Position numbers and translations under genes: made by a program
The notes under the pieces: generated by a model
Databases searched by the model: none
Seen by the model: only the letters and a program-made list of their open reading frames with translations
Told to the model about the DNA's origin: nothing
Shown: in pieces, positions 19,579-30,099 of the stretch
Layout: every line of letters begins with the position of its first letter
How positions within the stretch are numbered: position 1 is the first letter of the stretch
NCBI GenBank assembly: GCA_009859145.1
Contig: VRVR01000009.1
Coordinates: 124,001-188,000, forward strand
Origin: Andalucia godoyi And28
Taxonomy: Eukaryota > Protista > Jakobida
Direction: 5' to 3'
DNA: 64,000 nucleotides

Positions 19579-20199
19579 ATGAAACAGTACGTTGTGTCGC
19601 TTCTGCTGCTTGTAGCTTTCATCAATCTCGCACGTTCGCAGCGTGGAGGTTCTGCAGGGATAAAGTCGGATGGGTTTACACTGTCTGTGGCTGACGATGC
19701 CTCGAGTGTGTCCTTTCACGACGTGTGTGTGATCAGTGCGACCTCTGGGAAAGTAGTTTCAGGGGAGCTGTCTGCATCTTCCTTGCGTGTTGGATTGCAT
19801 GTACGCCTCGGAAACGCCAGAAATACTGTGGGGGAGTGTGCTGTTTCCCAGCCATCGACGCTGTCTGTGTTCCTCAACCCTGAAAAGGACAATATTGCGT
19901 CCTTCAGTTTATGCATTTCTCCGAAGCCCACCAGTTCTAAAATCATCGTTCAGGTCAAGAGTTTTGATGCTGGACCTCGTTCAAATCGAGTTGGTTCGGC
20001 AACTGAAATTCTGTCCAGCGAACAACAGAGTGTGCAGGAAGGAAAGCAGAAAGAAGCTGCCGCGGAGGAGACTGGTCTGTGGCCCATGGCTAAGAAGTAT
20101 TGGTACATTTCTGTTCCCATGGTCTTGATGCTGCTTTTGAACGCTGTGGCAGGGGCAACGGGGGTCGCGGAAGGGGGTGACGCACCTAAGACCGACTGA
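19579..20199 (+). CDS. EMC10: ER membrane protein complex subunit 10-like
   Basis: Signal peptide MKQYVVSLLLLVAFINLARS, lumenal domain, C-terminal KKYWYISVPMVLMLLL matching the EMC10 KYW-x-Y TM motif. Confidence 0.65.
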   Translation: MKQYVVSLLLLVAFINLARSQRGGSAGIKSDGFTLSVADDASSVSFHDVCVISATSGKVVSGELSASSLRVGLHVRLGNARNTVGECAVSQPSTLSVFLNPEKDNIASFSLCISPKPTSSKIIVQVKSFDAGPRSNRVGSATEILSSEQQSVQEGKQKEAAAEETGLWPMAKKYWYISVPMVLMLLLNAVAGATGVAEGGDAPKTD

Positions 20200-20825
20200 A
20201 CATGTGTAGAAGCACTGAATGTTTATTGAGAGGTTCTTCGTGAGATCATTATGCGCAAAGAACAACCCCGTCTACTTCTTGGACGAAGATGATGATGCTA
20301 GATTGCATTGTAGCTATCGCTGGCTGTCGGCTCCCTTTCAGTAAAGAGATGATGAAGATAGCACTGACATTCGACCTCGAATTCACAAACCTGAAGTCGA
20401 CAGAAAAGTTCACGACGAAGGTCCTTGGAGCTGCAAAGTCCTTCTAATCCATCGACTTGCGCTTGCATCCGAAACGCGAATTTTCTAAAGAACTTGCAAT
20501 CACTGAAACTACATTAAACACTCTACGAGTTCCTCGAAAGGCAAGACCACGAAGTTTGGGATGCGTGATGTATTTGCGTTCCAGTTTACGAGTCAAACGA
20601 TACGATCTCTTAACCCCATATACCAGCGACATCGACAGAAGGGCCAGCTCGGAAAGAACCATTTTGAACTGGTGCCCTTTCAATGTAACCCGACAAACAT
20701 GGACAGATCCTGGAAACTTTTTCGCTGCTTTTTGTTGTTCGACCAGGGAGCACGTGTCCAAAGAGGCATCCTCCAAAATCTCTTTGAAACCTCAAATATC
20801 AGATCCTCAAAACGAGGGGGCTCAA

Positions 20826-20899
20826 GCTTGCGTAGCTCAGCTGGCTAGAGCGCGGGATTCATAACCCCGAGGTCGGCAGTTCGAGCCTGCCCACAGGCA
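20826..20899 (+). tRNA. tRNA-Met (CAT), elongator type
   Basis: GCTTGCGTAGCTCAGCTGGCTAGAGCGCGGGATTCATAACCCCGAGGTCGGCAGTTCGAGCCTGCCCACAGGCA: A box TAGCTCAGCTGG, anticodon loop TTCATAA, T loop GTTCGAGC, G1-C72. Confidence 0.93.
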
Positions 20900-20905
20900 A
20901 ACAGA

Positions 20906-20914
20906 TTTTTTTTT
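20906..20914 (+). terminator. RNA polymerase III oligo-T terminator
   Basis: T9 run 7 nt after the tRNA-Met 3' end. Confidence 0.75.
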
Positions 20915-21050
20915 ATGGGTTTTATGGTTTTTTCCTAGTATGGGCAGAGCGACTCGGAGCTGCAGTGTTTTTTACTGGTTTCTTTTTTCTTTCCAACAAC
21001 GACTTGATTATATTCACAAAGCGAAAAATCATGTGCAGGGGAAGCAGAAG

Positions 21051-21350
21051 TTACTGCTTACGAACAGACTCCGGAGATGCAGCCTGTGGTCCCTTCGCAA
21101 ACAGAGTCTTCATCTTTCGAATACCCTTCGAGAAGAATCCAGTCGTCTTGTCCTTGGCTTCAGAGAGACTGTTGGTCACCTTGTCAACAGTGGATACTTC
21201 TGCTGCATTGGTTGCGGCGTCTTCCGGATAATCATGTGTTCCAAGTCCTTGGACTGCGGGTGCGCTGGGACGAGGATCGATTCCGAGAACGGGTACAACT
21301 TCAGGATATCGTTGCTGATGGGTCGGTACTGCGGAGGAGATGTCTGCCAT
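21051..21350 (-). CDS. Small hydrophilic protein, LEA/stress-protein-like (99 aa)
   Basis: ATG-initiated ORF; amphipathic segment VDKVTNSLSEAKDKTTGFFSKGIRKMKTLF; divergent from the adjacent LEA-like gene. Confidence 0.6.
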   Translation of the reverse strand: MADISSAVPTHQQRYPEVVPVLGIDPRPSAPAVQGLGTHDYPEDAATNAAEVSTVDKVTNSLSEAKDKTTGFFSKGIRKMKTLFAKGPQAASPESVRKQ

Positions 21351-21703
21351 TTTGTCTTGGAGTTTTTGGTTCTACGAGGTGGGAGAGAATGTTTGAGAGC
21401 TCATTGTGTGGCCAACGCTTAAATGGGAGTCAGGACTTTCGGTGACATAAGATCCGGGTTTCTTGCGCTTCCAGTTGAATAGCAAGCGACATGAAACTGA
21501 ACAAGGACCACTGTTTAACTTCAAGTGCACACGTCAAGGCCCTTCTACTGCCGCAGCTTGTATATTCGAGCATAGAGAATTTAACGAAGACGAAAAAACA
21601 ACAAGACTTGCCAAACAGTTGTCAGACCAGAGAGTTTTTCTGCGGCATCCTTGCGTTTTTCCCTTTCTACAAAGTTTAATCGTTTGAATACCTTCAATTC
21701 GCC

Positions 21704-22714
21704 ATGCCAACCTCAGTTTCTGCGTCACAGAAGTTTATACAAGGTCGAGATGGTGGCCGAGCAGCTGTCCAGAACTCCCGCGGTGTGGGTTCTGTTTTGA
21801 AATCCCTGTCAACTGTTTGGGGATTTTATGTCCTGTCAGTCGTGGTCGTTCTGGGAGGTGTCGCACTTGCACTCTCTGGTTCGAGTCCCATGCACATGAA
21901 TCGGCCGAGCCCAGATCCTGTCGCAAGAGCGGGAGACTCCATTGATCCACTTATTGACTCAGCTTTCCAGGCAACAGGCGAGAGGATTGATCAACTTAAG
22001 GACAAAGCTGCCACGGTGGTGGAGGATGTCCGGGCTCAAGTTGGAGAATCAATCGGGCGCGTTCGTCAGGGAACCGCGAGACAAGTTGCGGACGCAGGTG
22101 AACGACTAGAGCTGCTGAAAGAAAAAGCCTTCGAGAAGGTCGATGACGCTCGGAATCGCGCTCAACAATCGAATGGTCAATTTCGTGACCACTCTGGGCC
22201 CAATCTCAACGTAGATGGTGAGATTGATCGCGACTCTGTGCTGTTTGACAAGAGCCGCAACGACATCCTTCGTGGTTCGCAAGAAGTATTGCACGGAACT
22301 GAAGATATCGCACACGGTGTTGCAGAAGGCGTCGATGCCGCTCGAATCCGAGCTGCGACGGCTGCTCGAGATGTCCAGGCAGGCCTGTTTGAGAAGGCTC
22401 AGAAGGTCAAGGAGTCCTTGAAGGACAATGCACAAGAAATCAACGCTGCTGTTCGTGAGAGAGTTGATCATGTCAAAACTGTGATCAAAGACAACTTCGA
22501 TGGAGTTTCTGCTTCGGTCCACAATGCTGCCCATTCTGCCAAGGAAACGGTGAATCAGGCTTTCAAGAAAGGGGAAGCAGCCGTCCACAATTCTCAAAAC
22601 AGGATTGAAGAAGTCGTGACAAGAGGAGAGAATTTTGTTGCCGGTCAAGTTGATGATGCTGCAAACAAAGCTCATCGAGCAGCCGAAGAGCTCCGAAGAC
22701 AGGCTGAGTACTGA
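21704..22714 (+). CDS. Membrane-anchored LEA-like (group 3-like) amphipathic helical repeat protein
   Basis: One TM (VWGFYVLSVVVVLGGVALAL) followed by A/D/E/K/V-rich helical repeats (QLKDKAATVVEDVRAQVGE, AQKVKESLKDNAQEINAAVRE). Confidence 0.75.
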   Translation: MPTSVSASQKFIQGRDGGRAAVQNSRGVGSVLKSLSTVWGFYVLSVVVVLGGVALALSGSSPMHMNRPSPDPVARAGDSIDPLIDSAFQATGERIDQLKDKAATVVEDVRAQVGESIGRVRQGTARQVADAGERLELLKEKAFEKVDDARNRAQQSNGQFRDHSGPNLNVDGEIDRDSVLFDKSRNDILRGSQEVLHGTEDIAHGVAEGVDAARIRAATAARDVQAGLFEKAQKVKESLKDNAQEINAAVRERVDHVKTVIKDNFDGVSASVHNAAHSAKETVNQAFKKGEAAVHNSQNRIEEVVTRGENFVAGQVDDAANKAHRAAEELRRQAEY

Positions 22715-25048
22715 GTAACCCCCACTGGAATCTTCAATATCGCTGATGACATCCCGGGCCCGTTGATTACGGGGAAAGGCGGAAATAAACATAAACAAAT
22801 GAGCACACACAGATCAGCAAATATCGTGAAGCGCGGGTGCCAAGGCGGCAAACACGGATCGCTGTTTACCTGTACACTAAAGAGAGTTCGTTTCCGATGA
22901 AAGTTGCACGTTTGCGAAAAGTGCGGCCAATTAGCGGCTACATGCATGCCAGAGGATAGAGGACCGAGATCGCAAACAGTCTTCGTTTCGGAAGGAGAGC
23001 CTATTAAAAACCCGTTTCCTATAGCAGCTCGACAAAGAACGAGGCCAACTCGCGGCTTATAGACTGCAGAATGTGCATTCCAACAGATCCGCATTTCGCA
23101 GGTGGAGAGCGAACCGGTGGACAGGATATCGGATGCATTGAAATTGAACAGTTGTTTTGGAAGGGGACCACTCGGAAACGCGGCAACCACCTCACGCCAA
23201 TGTTCAGAAGTAATCACTGCGGGAGTTTGTGGATATTTTGGGAGAAGCCAAAGTTCCTGTTCTGAAATTCGGTGGCAGAACCGCATGCAATCTGACGGTG
23301 TTTAGACGTTTCGATGAATAGGAATTTTAGAATCAATTCTTGTCGAAGTCCAAGGAAACACTATGCCAAAACAAGCTGAAAATCCAACCAACGTCAGTTC
23401 GCAACTAAATTTCAACTTTTCCATCAGATGTTGGCGTTTACAATGGAGATGAAGCATTCCTGACTCCGTCGAAACATTCAATTGTTCAAGCAAAACGTGA
23501 TTAGGCTGTCGACAGAAGGCGGAGGGACAAATAATCAACGTCTCGCCCGAAAAACAATCAACCGCAAGACGGACTAGACAAAGGAGCGCTAACGATACAC
23601 AGATGAATTTGTGAGATCGCCTGCACACCGGTATCAAAGGCTTTGCAGGATTCAGGCCTGATCTAAGACAACATTATGCATCCTCCGACCCCGCCAACGG
23701 CGGGACGGTAAAACATTCAGATTTGCAGCCAAAGCAACCAGAGAATTGCACATGCCACAACAAGCATGTCAAGATTTGCTATGTATTCTGATCAGGCAAC
23801 GTCGTAACAACACCAAAAAATTAAAAGCCGGACTGAATCATTTTGTGGCCACACAAAGGAGTTGGCATTTTCAAAACAAAAATTAGATGTCTTTAGAAAA
23901 GCTGGAGTGCGTTTTATGAGCAAGTCAATAGTCTGAGAAAAGTCGTCTACGTTTAATGTGCGCCGCGATTATCAGCATTCTGTGACTTTGCCATGAAGCT
24001 TCTATCAGTAACTCGTGTGAACAACATACTTCGTAGACAACGAATCCAGGTTCACTGATTCTCTTTCTTGGTTTCTTTGATTTTTTTGTTTTTGAAACAT
24101 TGTTTTTCTAAGTTGTGATCGTCTTTGAATACAGAGTGGTACGATTTTGACTCGGTTTTGTCGGATGTCGCTACTCTCTACTGGCAGAAGCTGCTTCCTG
24201 TCCATATTTATTGGATGCTCCTGTTCAGAAAATGGGCGTGCCGCACCTGCTGGTAGCCAACCCCGGTTTCTCCACATTGTTCAGTGCATCAAGTTTCTTC
24301 ACGTATGGAAGCGGCTTCTATCATCATTTGACTTTGTTATTCTGCGTCCGCATGCAAGTATCTCGCACTGGAATGTTGTTTCGTGATGTCGGCATTGTGC
24401 TTGTCGAGCCCGCCTCCATTTCACCCCCCAGCGTAAACGTCCCTCGCGTTTTTAGCACCCATTGTGTTCTTTGCTGTTGTGTTCATGTTTTTTTGTGTGA
24501 GACGACTGTGTCTTGCTTGTGTTCCGTTGTTATCGACACCTCTGCGCATAAATGCTTCCTGTAGGTGTTTTATTCTTCCGCAGTTTGACAGTGCCCTTAC
24601 GGGTGAGCGTTTCACATACCGATTTCAGCGGCGTCCGTGTTTTCGAGAATTTTGCAGTTTCGTGCGGATGCATTATCGGATGGTGCATTTGCCTGACTGC
24701 TGCGGCTCGTTTCATTCAGTTTCTTGACGATATTTTGATTCACTGGCACTTGTTTGTTCGCTGTTCCGGAAATTTCTTGTCTCTCAGCTGTCGACGAGTC
24801 TTTGGGTTTGGTGAAATGGATGTTATCCATTTATTCTGGATACGGAGTGTGGTATCACGAACTTGGAACCTGACGATGGTCTTGCAAACGGGACGAAATG
24901 CTGCCAAGATCATGACGCCGCGCTCGCAGTTGTTTGACTATGATCGATTTCTTTTTTTAATTTTTTAACTATTATTATTTTTTGATTCCAGTTTGTTCTT
25001 CCTGACGGAGAATCGCAGCGCAGTGTATTTCACACTTGATTCCACAAG

Positions 25049-25801
25049 TTATCTGTCGTCGTACGGAAGATTCACAAACGGAGGAGGACAGAAAGCAAAG
25101 TAACACAACAGAAAGCTGAACGACACAAAGATTCGAACCCAAAAACGTCGTGAAACCCAGTTCACTAACCTCAACGCATTGCCGCATCTCGCATCACCGA
25201 GCTTTCGATCACTGACGGCGAGGTCATTGAACAAACCGACCACTGCGTTTATTTCGTTGGCCGTGTTCGATGAAAAAATGTTTCTGCGAACTTCAGGAGA
25301 GAGGTTTCTTAATGACAGCGTTCGAGACCGGCGACAACGAATTAACTTGATCGTTCCTGCAAGCAGCAGAGCAAAGAGCAGAAGTATCGCACCTTGAAAT
25401 GAATTCACGAAAGCGGAAACAGTCTCGGAAAATAACTCCGAGAGCAAAGTAGCCAATAGCCATAACAAGGAAAACACTGCAGCAAAGCGCATCACACGGC
25501 CATTACAGCATGACGGCGAGGATCTCGATTTGCGCGATCGTTGCAATGAAAATCCATTTGGGCTGAGGAAAGTCTTTTCGGACAAAAAAGCAACGTCGAG
25601 GTCGCGCAAAATCTTTGACACTTTCTCTTGGCAACCAACACACAACACAGCATTTCTTTCCGCCTTTTCTCTCCCAAACGAGTCGTTTGGTCCCAGTATT
25701 GCGATTTCCCGAGCCCACGTTTCTTGACGCCGCAGGCACGTCTGACAAAGTAGTAAGGAGCCTTGGAACATCACCTGCAATATTTCAAATGGAAAACTCA
25801 A
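25049..25801 (-). CDS. Ima1/TMEM201(Samp1)-like inner nuclear membrane protein; 5' exon(s) not resolved
   Basis: LLCQTCLRRQETWAREIA...LCVGCQEKVSKILRDLD resembles the second half of the Ima1_N CxxC zinc-finger domain, followed by 2-3 TM segments; the ORF lacks an ATG and has a TTGCAG acceptor-like site near 25780. Confidence 0.5.
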   Translation of the reverse strand: MSFPFEILQVMFQGSLLLCQTCLRRQETWAREIAILGPNDSFGREKAERNAVLCVGCQEKVSKILRDLDVAFLSEKTFLSPNGFSLQRSRKSRSSPSCCNGRVMRFAAVFSLLWLLATLLSELFSETVSAFVNSFQGAILLLFALLLAGTIKLIRCRRSRTLSLRNLSPEVRRNIFSSNTANEINAVVGLFNDLAVSDRKLGDARCGNALRLVNWVSRRFWVRIFVSFSFLLCYFAFCPPPFVNLPYDDR

Positions 25802-26115
25802 ACATTATCATTCGAGAGATCCGCTAGTGCACAATAGTCCCTTTGCGATGCAGAAACAACGTCCACGCTTCTGATGCGGGAATTCCGCTCATGAAATCAA
25901 CATGCATTACCAGCCACCAAAAGTGGATGAGGAGGGAAAAATATGAGCGGACCGATCGCAAGCTGTCGACGGCCCTAGCAAGACCGCAAACCAGAAAACA
26001 AAAAGTTCTGCGGCCCACATTTCTCTTCTCCTTCTGTGTTTTTCTTTCCTTGGGAGTTCATGTAGTATTGCTTTTTTATCTCTCCTATTCCACACACATC
26101 TTGGACCTTGCAAAT

Positions 26116-29100
26116 ATGTCCATCCTCTTGGATTTTGAATCGACTTCAACACCTGTTCGACAAACACCCTTCCGAGGTGACGACAGGAGTGATGACGAGG
26201 ACGATTACTACGTATGTGTGCAGGGGTTTTCTTCTTTTTCTTCGTTCACCCTCTCTGTCTCTTTTTCTGTCGTGGTTTGTATTTAGACATTTCTCTAACC
26301 GCTTGTTCTTTCAGGATTCTGGAAACTCTTTCAACCGCACACCTCATTCAGGCGCAATTGCGTCCTCAGAACGTGACACAGAAGGCGAGAATGATGTTTT
26401 GCAGTTTCAAGTAATTCCTTTTGATTTTGACGAGGACATCCAGCAATACGACGGGATTCGATCCATGGCGATTGGAAATGAAATTCTGGTGATCGGCACG
26501 AACAAGTGCCGCATTTTTTACTATGACTTGGAATCGTCTAGTCCCTCTTTTTACGACATCCCCAGAAAAGGGACTGAAAGTGTGCATCGTGTTTTTGTCG
26601 ATCCAACTGGCCACCATGTTCTTGTTTCTCTCAATAACGGAGATGCATATTATATTCATCCCAGCGCTTCCAAGCCGCGTAAAATGGATAAGCTGAAGGA
26701 TCGGATGCTGTTCGAGTCCGTTGCGTTCGATCGTCGGAATACTGACCCGACTTCATCTGGTGCTGTGTTAATCGGAGGAGACAATGGCTGCCTTTATGAG
26801 GCAAGGTTCGACTCTAAAGAGGGAGTGAAGTCTTTCCGAATGGTGTATGATTTAAAAGAAAAATCTGGAGGTGAGCAGCGACCGATTACGGGTTGCGCTT
26901 TCGAGGTTTTCGGCGGCACGCAGGGTTCCATTAAGCAGATGTTCATTCTCGTCTCTACACAGTCTCGATTATATGAATTTGTTGGAGGCCCGTCCTTTGA
27001 TGAAGTGTTTCAACTTTATCAAGGTGCTCCCTCGTTTGTTGAACTTCCGGGCACACCAACCACGGGGGATCTGTGTCTTTTTACTCGCCTGTCTGCCTCT
27101 CGAACTGGCGTTAGCAACCTTCCGCAATCTTTCGCCTGGAGGACGGGGGCTGGAGTTTTCCATGGTCAGTTGTTTTTTTCAACGCAGCTTAAGAAGGATT
27201 CGATTACCTCTGACTGCGGCTTGTATCCGTATGACCCCTCCTCAGCGAATCAGATTCCGGTATCGATTGAGATTACGGAATTTCATATTTTTGTTTTGTA
27301 TGAGAATCTGTTGCAAGTCTTTGTTAATCCTCCCGGAAAAGATCCCTCGCGAATGTCTCTCGATGTGGAAGCATTGAGGTCGAGATTGGTTTTCGAGCAC
27401 CGATTTGAGAAGCCAAGAGAAATCGGAGTTCCAATTGGCCTGCTTCGGGATCCGTCAACCAATAACTTGTGGCTGTTCACGGAAAAATCAATTTTTGAAG
27501 TTTCTATTCGAGATGAAGCGAGAAATGTGTGGAAAGTCTACCTGTTGCGAGCTACAGACTCTCGAAATCCCGCTCCAGAGAATTTCGAAATGGCTCTGAA
27601 GTATTGCGCTGATGATCCGGAGAAACGTGACATCGTGAATATTGCTCGTGCGGATCATTATTTTGACCATCTCAAGTCTTACGACCAGGCGGCAGCAATT
27701 TACGCGTCCACTGGTCTTCCGTTTGAAGAAGTGGCCCTCAAGTTTGTTGATGTTGGTCAAAAATCTGCTCTCAAGACGTTTCTGTTCAAGAAACTTGATT
27801 CTTTGCATCCAGAGCAACAGTTGACCCAACTTGCGTGCTTGTCTACGTGGCTTGTTGAAATATTTTTGGATGAAATGAATCAACTGCGAGAAAACAACAC
27901 GGATGGAGGGAAGTCCTTCCAGAGTTGCGTGCAAGACTTTGAAAAGTTTCTTGAGGACTATCGCCGTTTCTTGAACAAGTCTACTACGTTCAACCTGATC
28001 ATGTCGCATGGATTTCTAGATCAGCTCATCTTTTTCGCCACAATCATCGGAGATTTCGACAAGGTTGTTAGTCATTATCTTTCGTATGGGGCATATGCAA
28101 AAGCTTTGAAAGTTCTTTCCACGCAATGCTTGTCACCGGATTTAGAACACTTGTTTTATAAGTTCGGACCGACTGTTATCCAGAAGCATCCGAAGCAGCT
28201 GGTTGATATTTTCATTCGAGCGGGATTTCTCAAACCTGCGAAAGTTATTCCAGTGCTGCTGCGGTATGATGCTTTCTCGATGAATGAAGACGGTGATTAC
28301 GAGAATCATGCGATTCGATATCTGGAACATGTGGTGACCAAGATGAAGAACAAGGATACTGCTGTGCATAATTACTTGTGTTCTTTGTATGTGAAGTCGG
28401 GAGATGACAACAAACTGATATCTTTTGTGAATCCGCGATCGGGAGAGCGCTATTTTGATACCAAGTATGTGCTTCGCTTATGCATTGAAGAGAAGAAGCT
28501 GATTCCGACGGTCCATTTGTATTTGGCTATGGGTCACTTTGATGAGGCTGTTGAAACTGCACTCAAGGCGAATGACGTCGAGTTTGCAAAAGTTTGTGCC
28601 AACTCAGCGGAAGACGATGAGACTTTGCGACGGAAGTTGTGGATGCGGATTGCTTGTTATGTTGTGGAAGAAAAACAGAACATCAAACAAGCGATGGAAT
28701 TGATTCACGAATGCCGAATTTTGAGAATTGAGGATGTGCTTCCGTTTTTCCCCGATTTCGCACTCATTGATGACTTCAAAGAAGAAATCTGCAAGTCTCT
28801 TGAAGAGTACAATGCAGAAATTGCGTCTTTGAAGGAAGAAATGAACGACAGCATGCATCTTGCTGAGCAAATCCGGGCAGATATTCGAGAACTACGCAAC
28901 AGACACGGGTATGTGTCCCTGCAGCAAAAATGTGGATTTTCCCATCAACCTCTTAATGGAAGGCCGTTTTACCTCTTCCCTTGCGGGCATGCCTTTCTGG
29001 AGGAGGTTCTTGTTCGGGAAGTTGCTCTACGGTTGACAAAGACTCAAAGAGCGAAAGTACAGGTTTTGCTTGACGCTCTCTCGAGACTTGACAGTGCACC

Positions 29101-29308
29101 ACAGCAACAAGCGCAGACCAAGGAAGTCGGTAACGTGGACAAGTTTTCTCGAGTGGAGGAAAGTGAAAGAGACCGCGTCAAGCGGGAATTGGACGACGTC
29201 GTTGCAGGCGAGTGCCCTCTTTGCGGAGAAATGATGATTCGATTGGTAGACAAACCGTTTGTGTCTTTGGATGAGACATCTGTTGAAGCGTCCTGGAGGA
29301 TTACATAA
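26116..29308 (+). CDS. VPS18: Vacuolar protein sorting 18 (HOPS/CORVET); exons 26116-26211 and 26315-29308
   Basis: Pep3 beta-propeller region (VHRVFVDPTGHHVLVSLNNG), clathrin-type repeat, C-terminal RING (FYLFPCGHAF..ECPLCGEMMIRLVDKPF). Confidence 0.95.
26212..26314 (+). other. Spliceosomal intron (103 nt, phase 0) in VPS18
   Basis: Donor GTATGT, branch-like CTAAC, pyrimidine tract and TTTCAG acceptor; removal joins MSILLDFES...DDYY in frame to DSGNSFN. Confidence 0.85.
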
Positions 29309-29367
29309 TAGGTTAGCACTGTTTTTAAAAATTAGTTTTAAAAAAAAAGTATTGATATTGAACGATG

Positions 29368-29900
29368 CGCCTACATTGTACACTGGCCACGGACGATCAT
29401 CGCTGATCACCCATAATCCATGTGGAAACCCAGCATGCATAGCATGATTGGGAAGGGGGGGTAGGTCCCAACACGCCCCCTCGGCATGAGAGACGTTCCT
29501 AAGATAAATGTAGATGTTGCGCGCGCCGTTTTGCATCGGATCCGCCGCTTTTTCCGCCGCGTCATCTGCGACGTCTGGAACGCGGGCAGCAAAATATGGT
29601 CGTACTCGCTGCACAGCCACTTCGCCAATCGTCGGTGCACGTCGGCCGTCAGGCTGCGCGCCTTTTCAAAGATGCGCAGCCGCTCAGTTGTCGCCTTGGC
29701 CATCTTCGACGTCTGCGAGGCAGTGGATGCGATGGGAGCCGGCGTGGATGCTGCGGATCGTTCCGGCGGCGGTAGAGATGTCACAGGTCTTGCGCAGCGT
29801 TGGGGGCGTGACGGACATGGTGCGTTGCATGGGCAATGAAAATAAGAAATGAGCGTCGCTGTGCGAGAATGCAACGCGGCGGCGTGTTTACATAAGGATT
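29368..29900 (-). mobile_element. Fanzor2/TnpB-type element relic 1 (internally deleted) with putative omegaRNA right end
   Basis: Minus-strand translation ERLRIFEKARSLTADVHRRLAKWLCSEYDHILLPAFQTSQMTRRKKRRIRCKTARA, then in another frame NGARNIYIYLRN; ends in CAGTGTACAATGTAGGCG shared with two other copies; visibly more GC-rich than the flanks; left boundary approximate. Confidence 0.85.
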
Positions 29901-30099
29901 TCATGATCAAAATAGGGCGAAACGAATCGGGCATCGTGGGACGGAGTTGTCAAATAACCAACGCATGCGCATGGCAGTGTTTTTGTTTGCGTGCGCTTAA
30001 GATTGCTTCATTATATCGCAATAAGTGGTAACGGTCTGTGAAACTGCGGTATTGAAATCTGTCTGTTTTCCTTCTTCCTGTTTGGAATCACAGTCATAA

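Noticed and set aside
20285-20397. Possible box C/D snoRNA (two ATGATGA and two CTGA motifs)
   Set aside because: No convincing terminal stem or recognisable rRNA-antisense element; GAT repeats are common in this genome.
20444-20776. 110-aa minus-strand ORF beside the tRNA
   Set aside because: Starts with TTG (first ATG gives 72 aa) and has no recognisable domain; it may be real but is unsupported.
22672-23286. 204-aa minus-strand ORF with a GLVLCRAAIG segment faintly like ADP-ribosyltransferase folds
   Set aside because: Non-ATG start, overlaps the end of the LEA-like gene, and no other ART motifs were identified.
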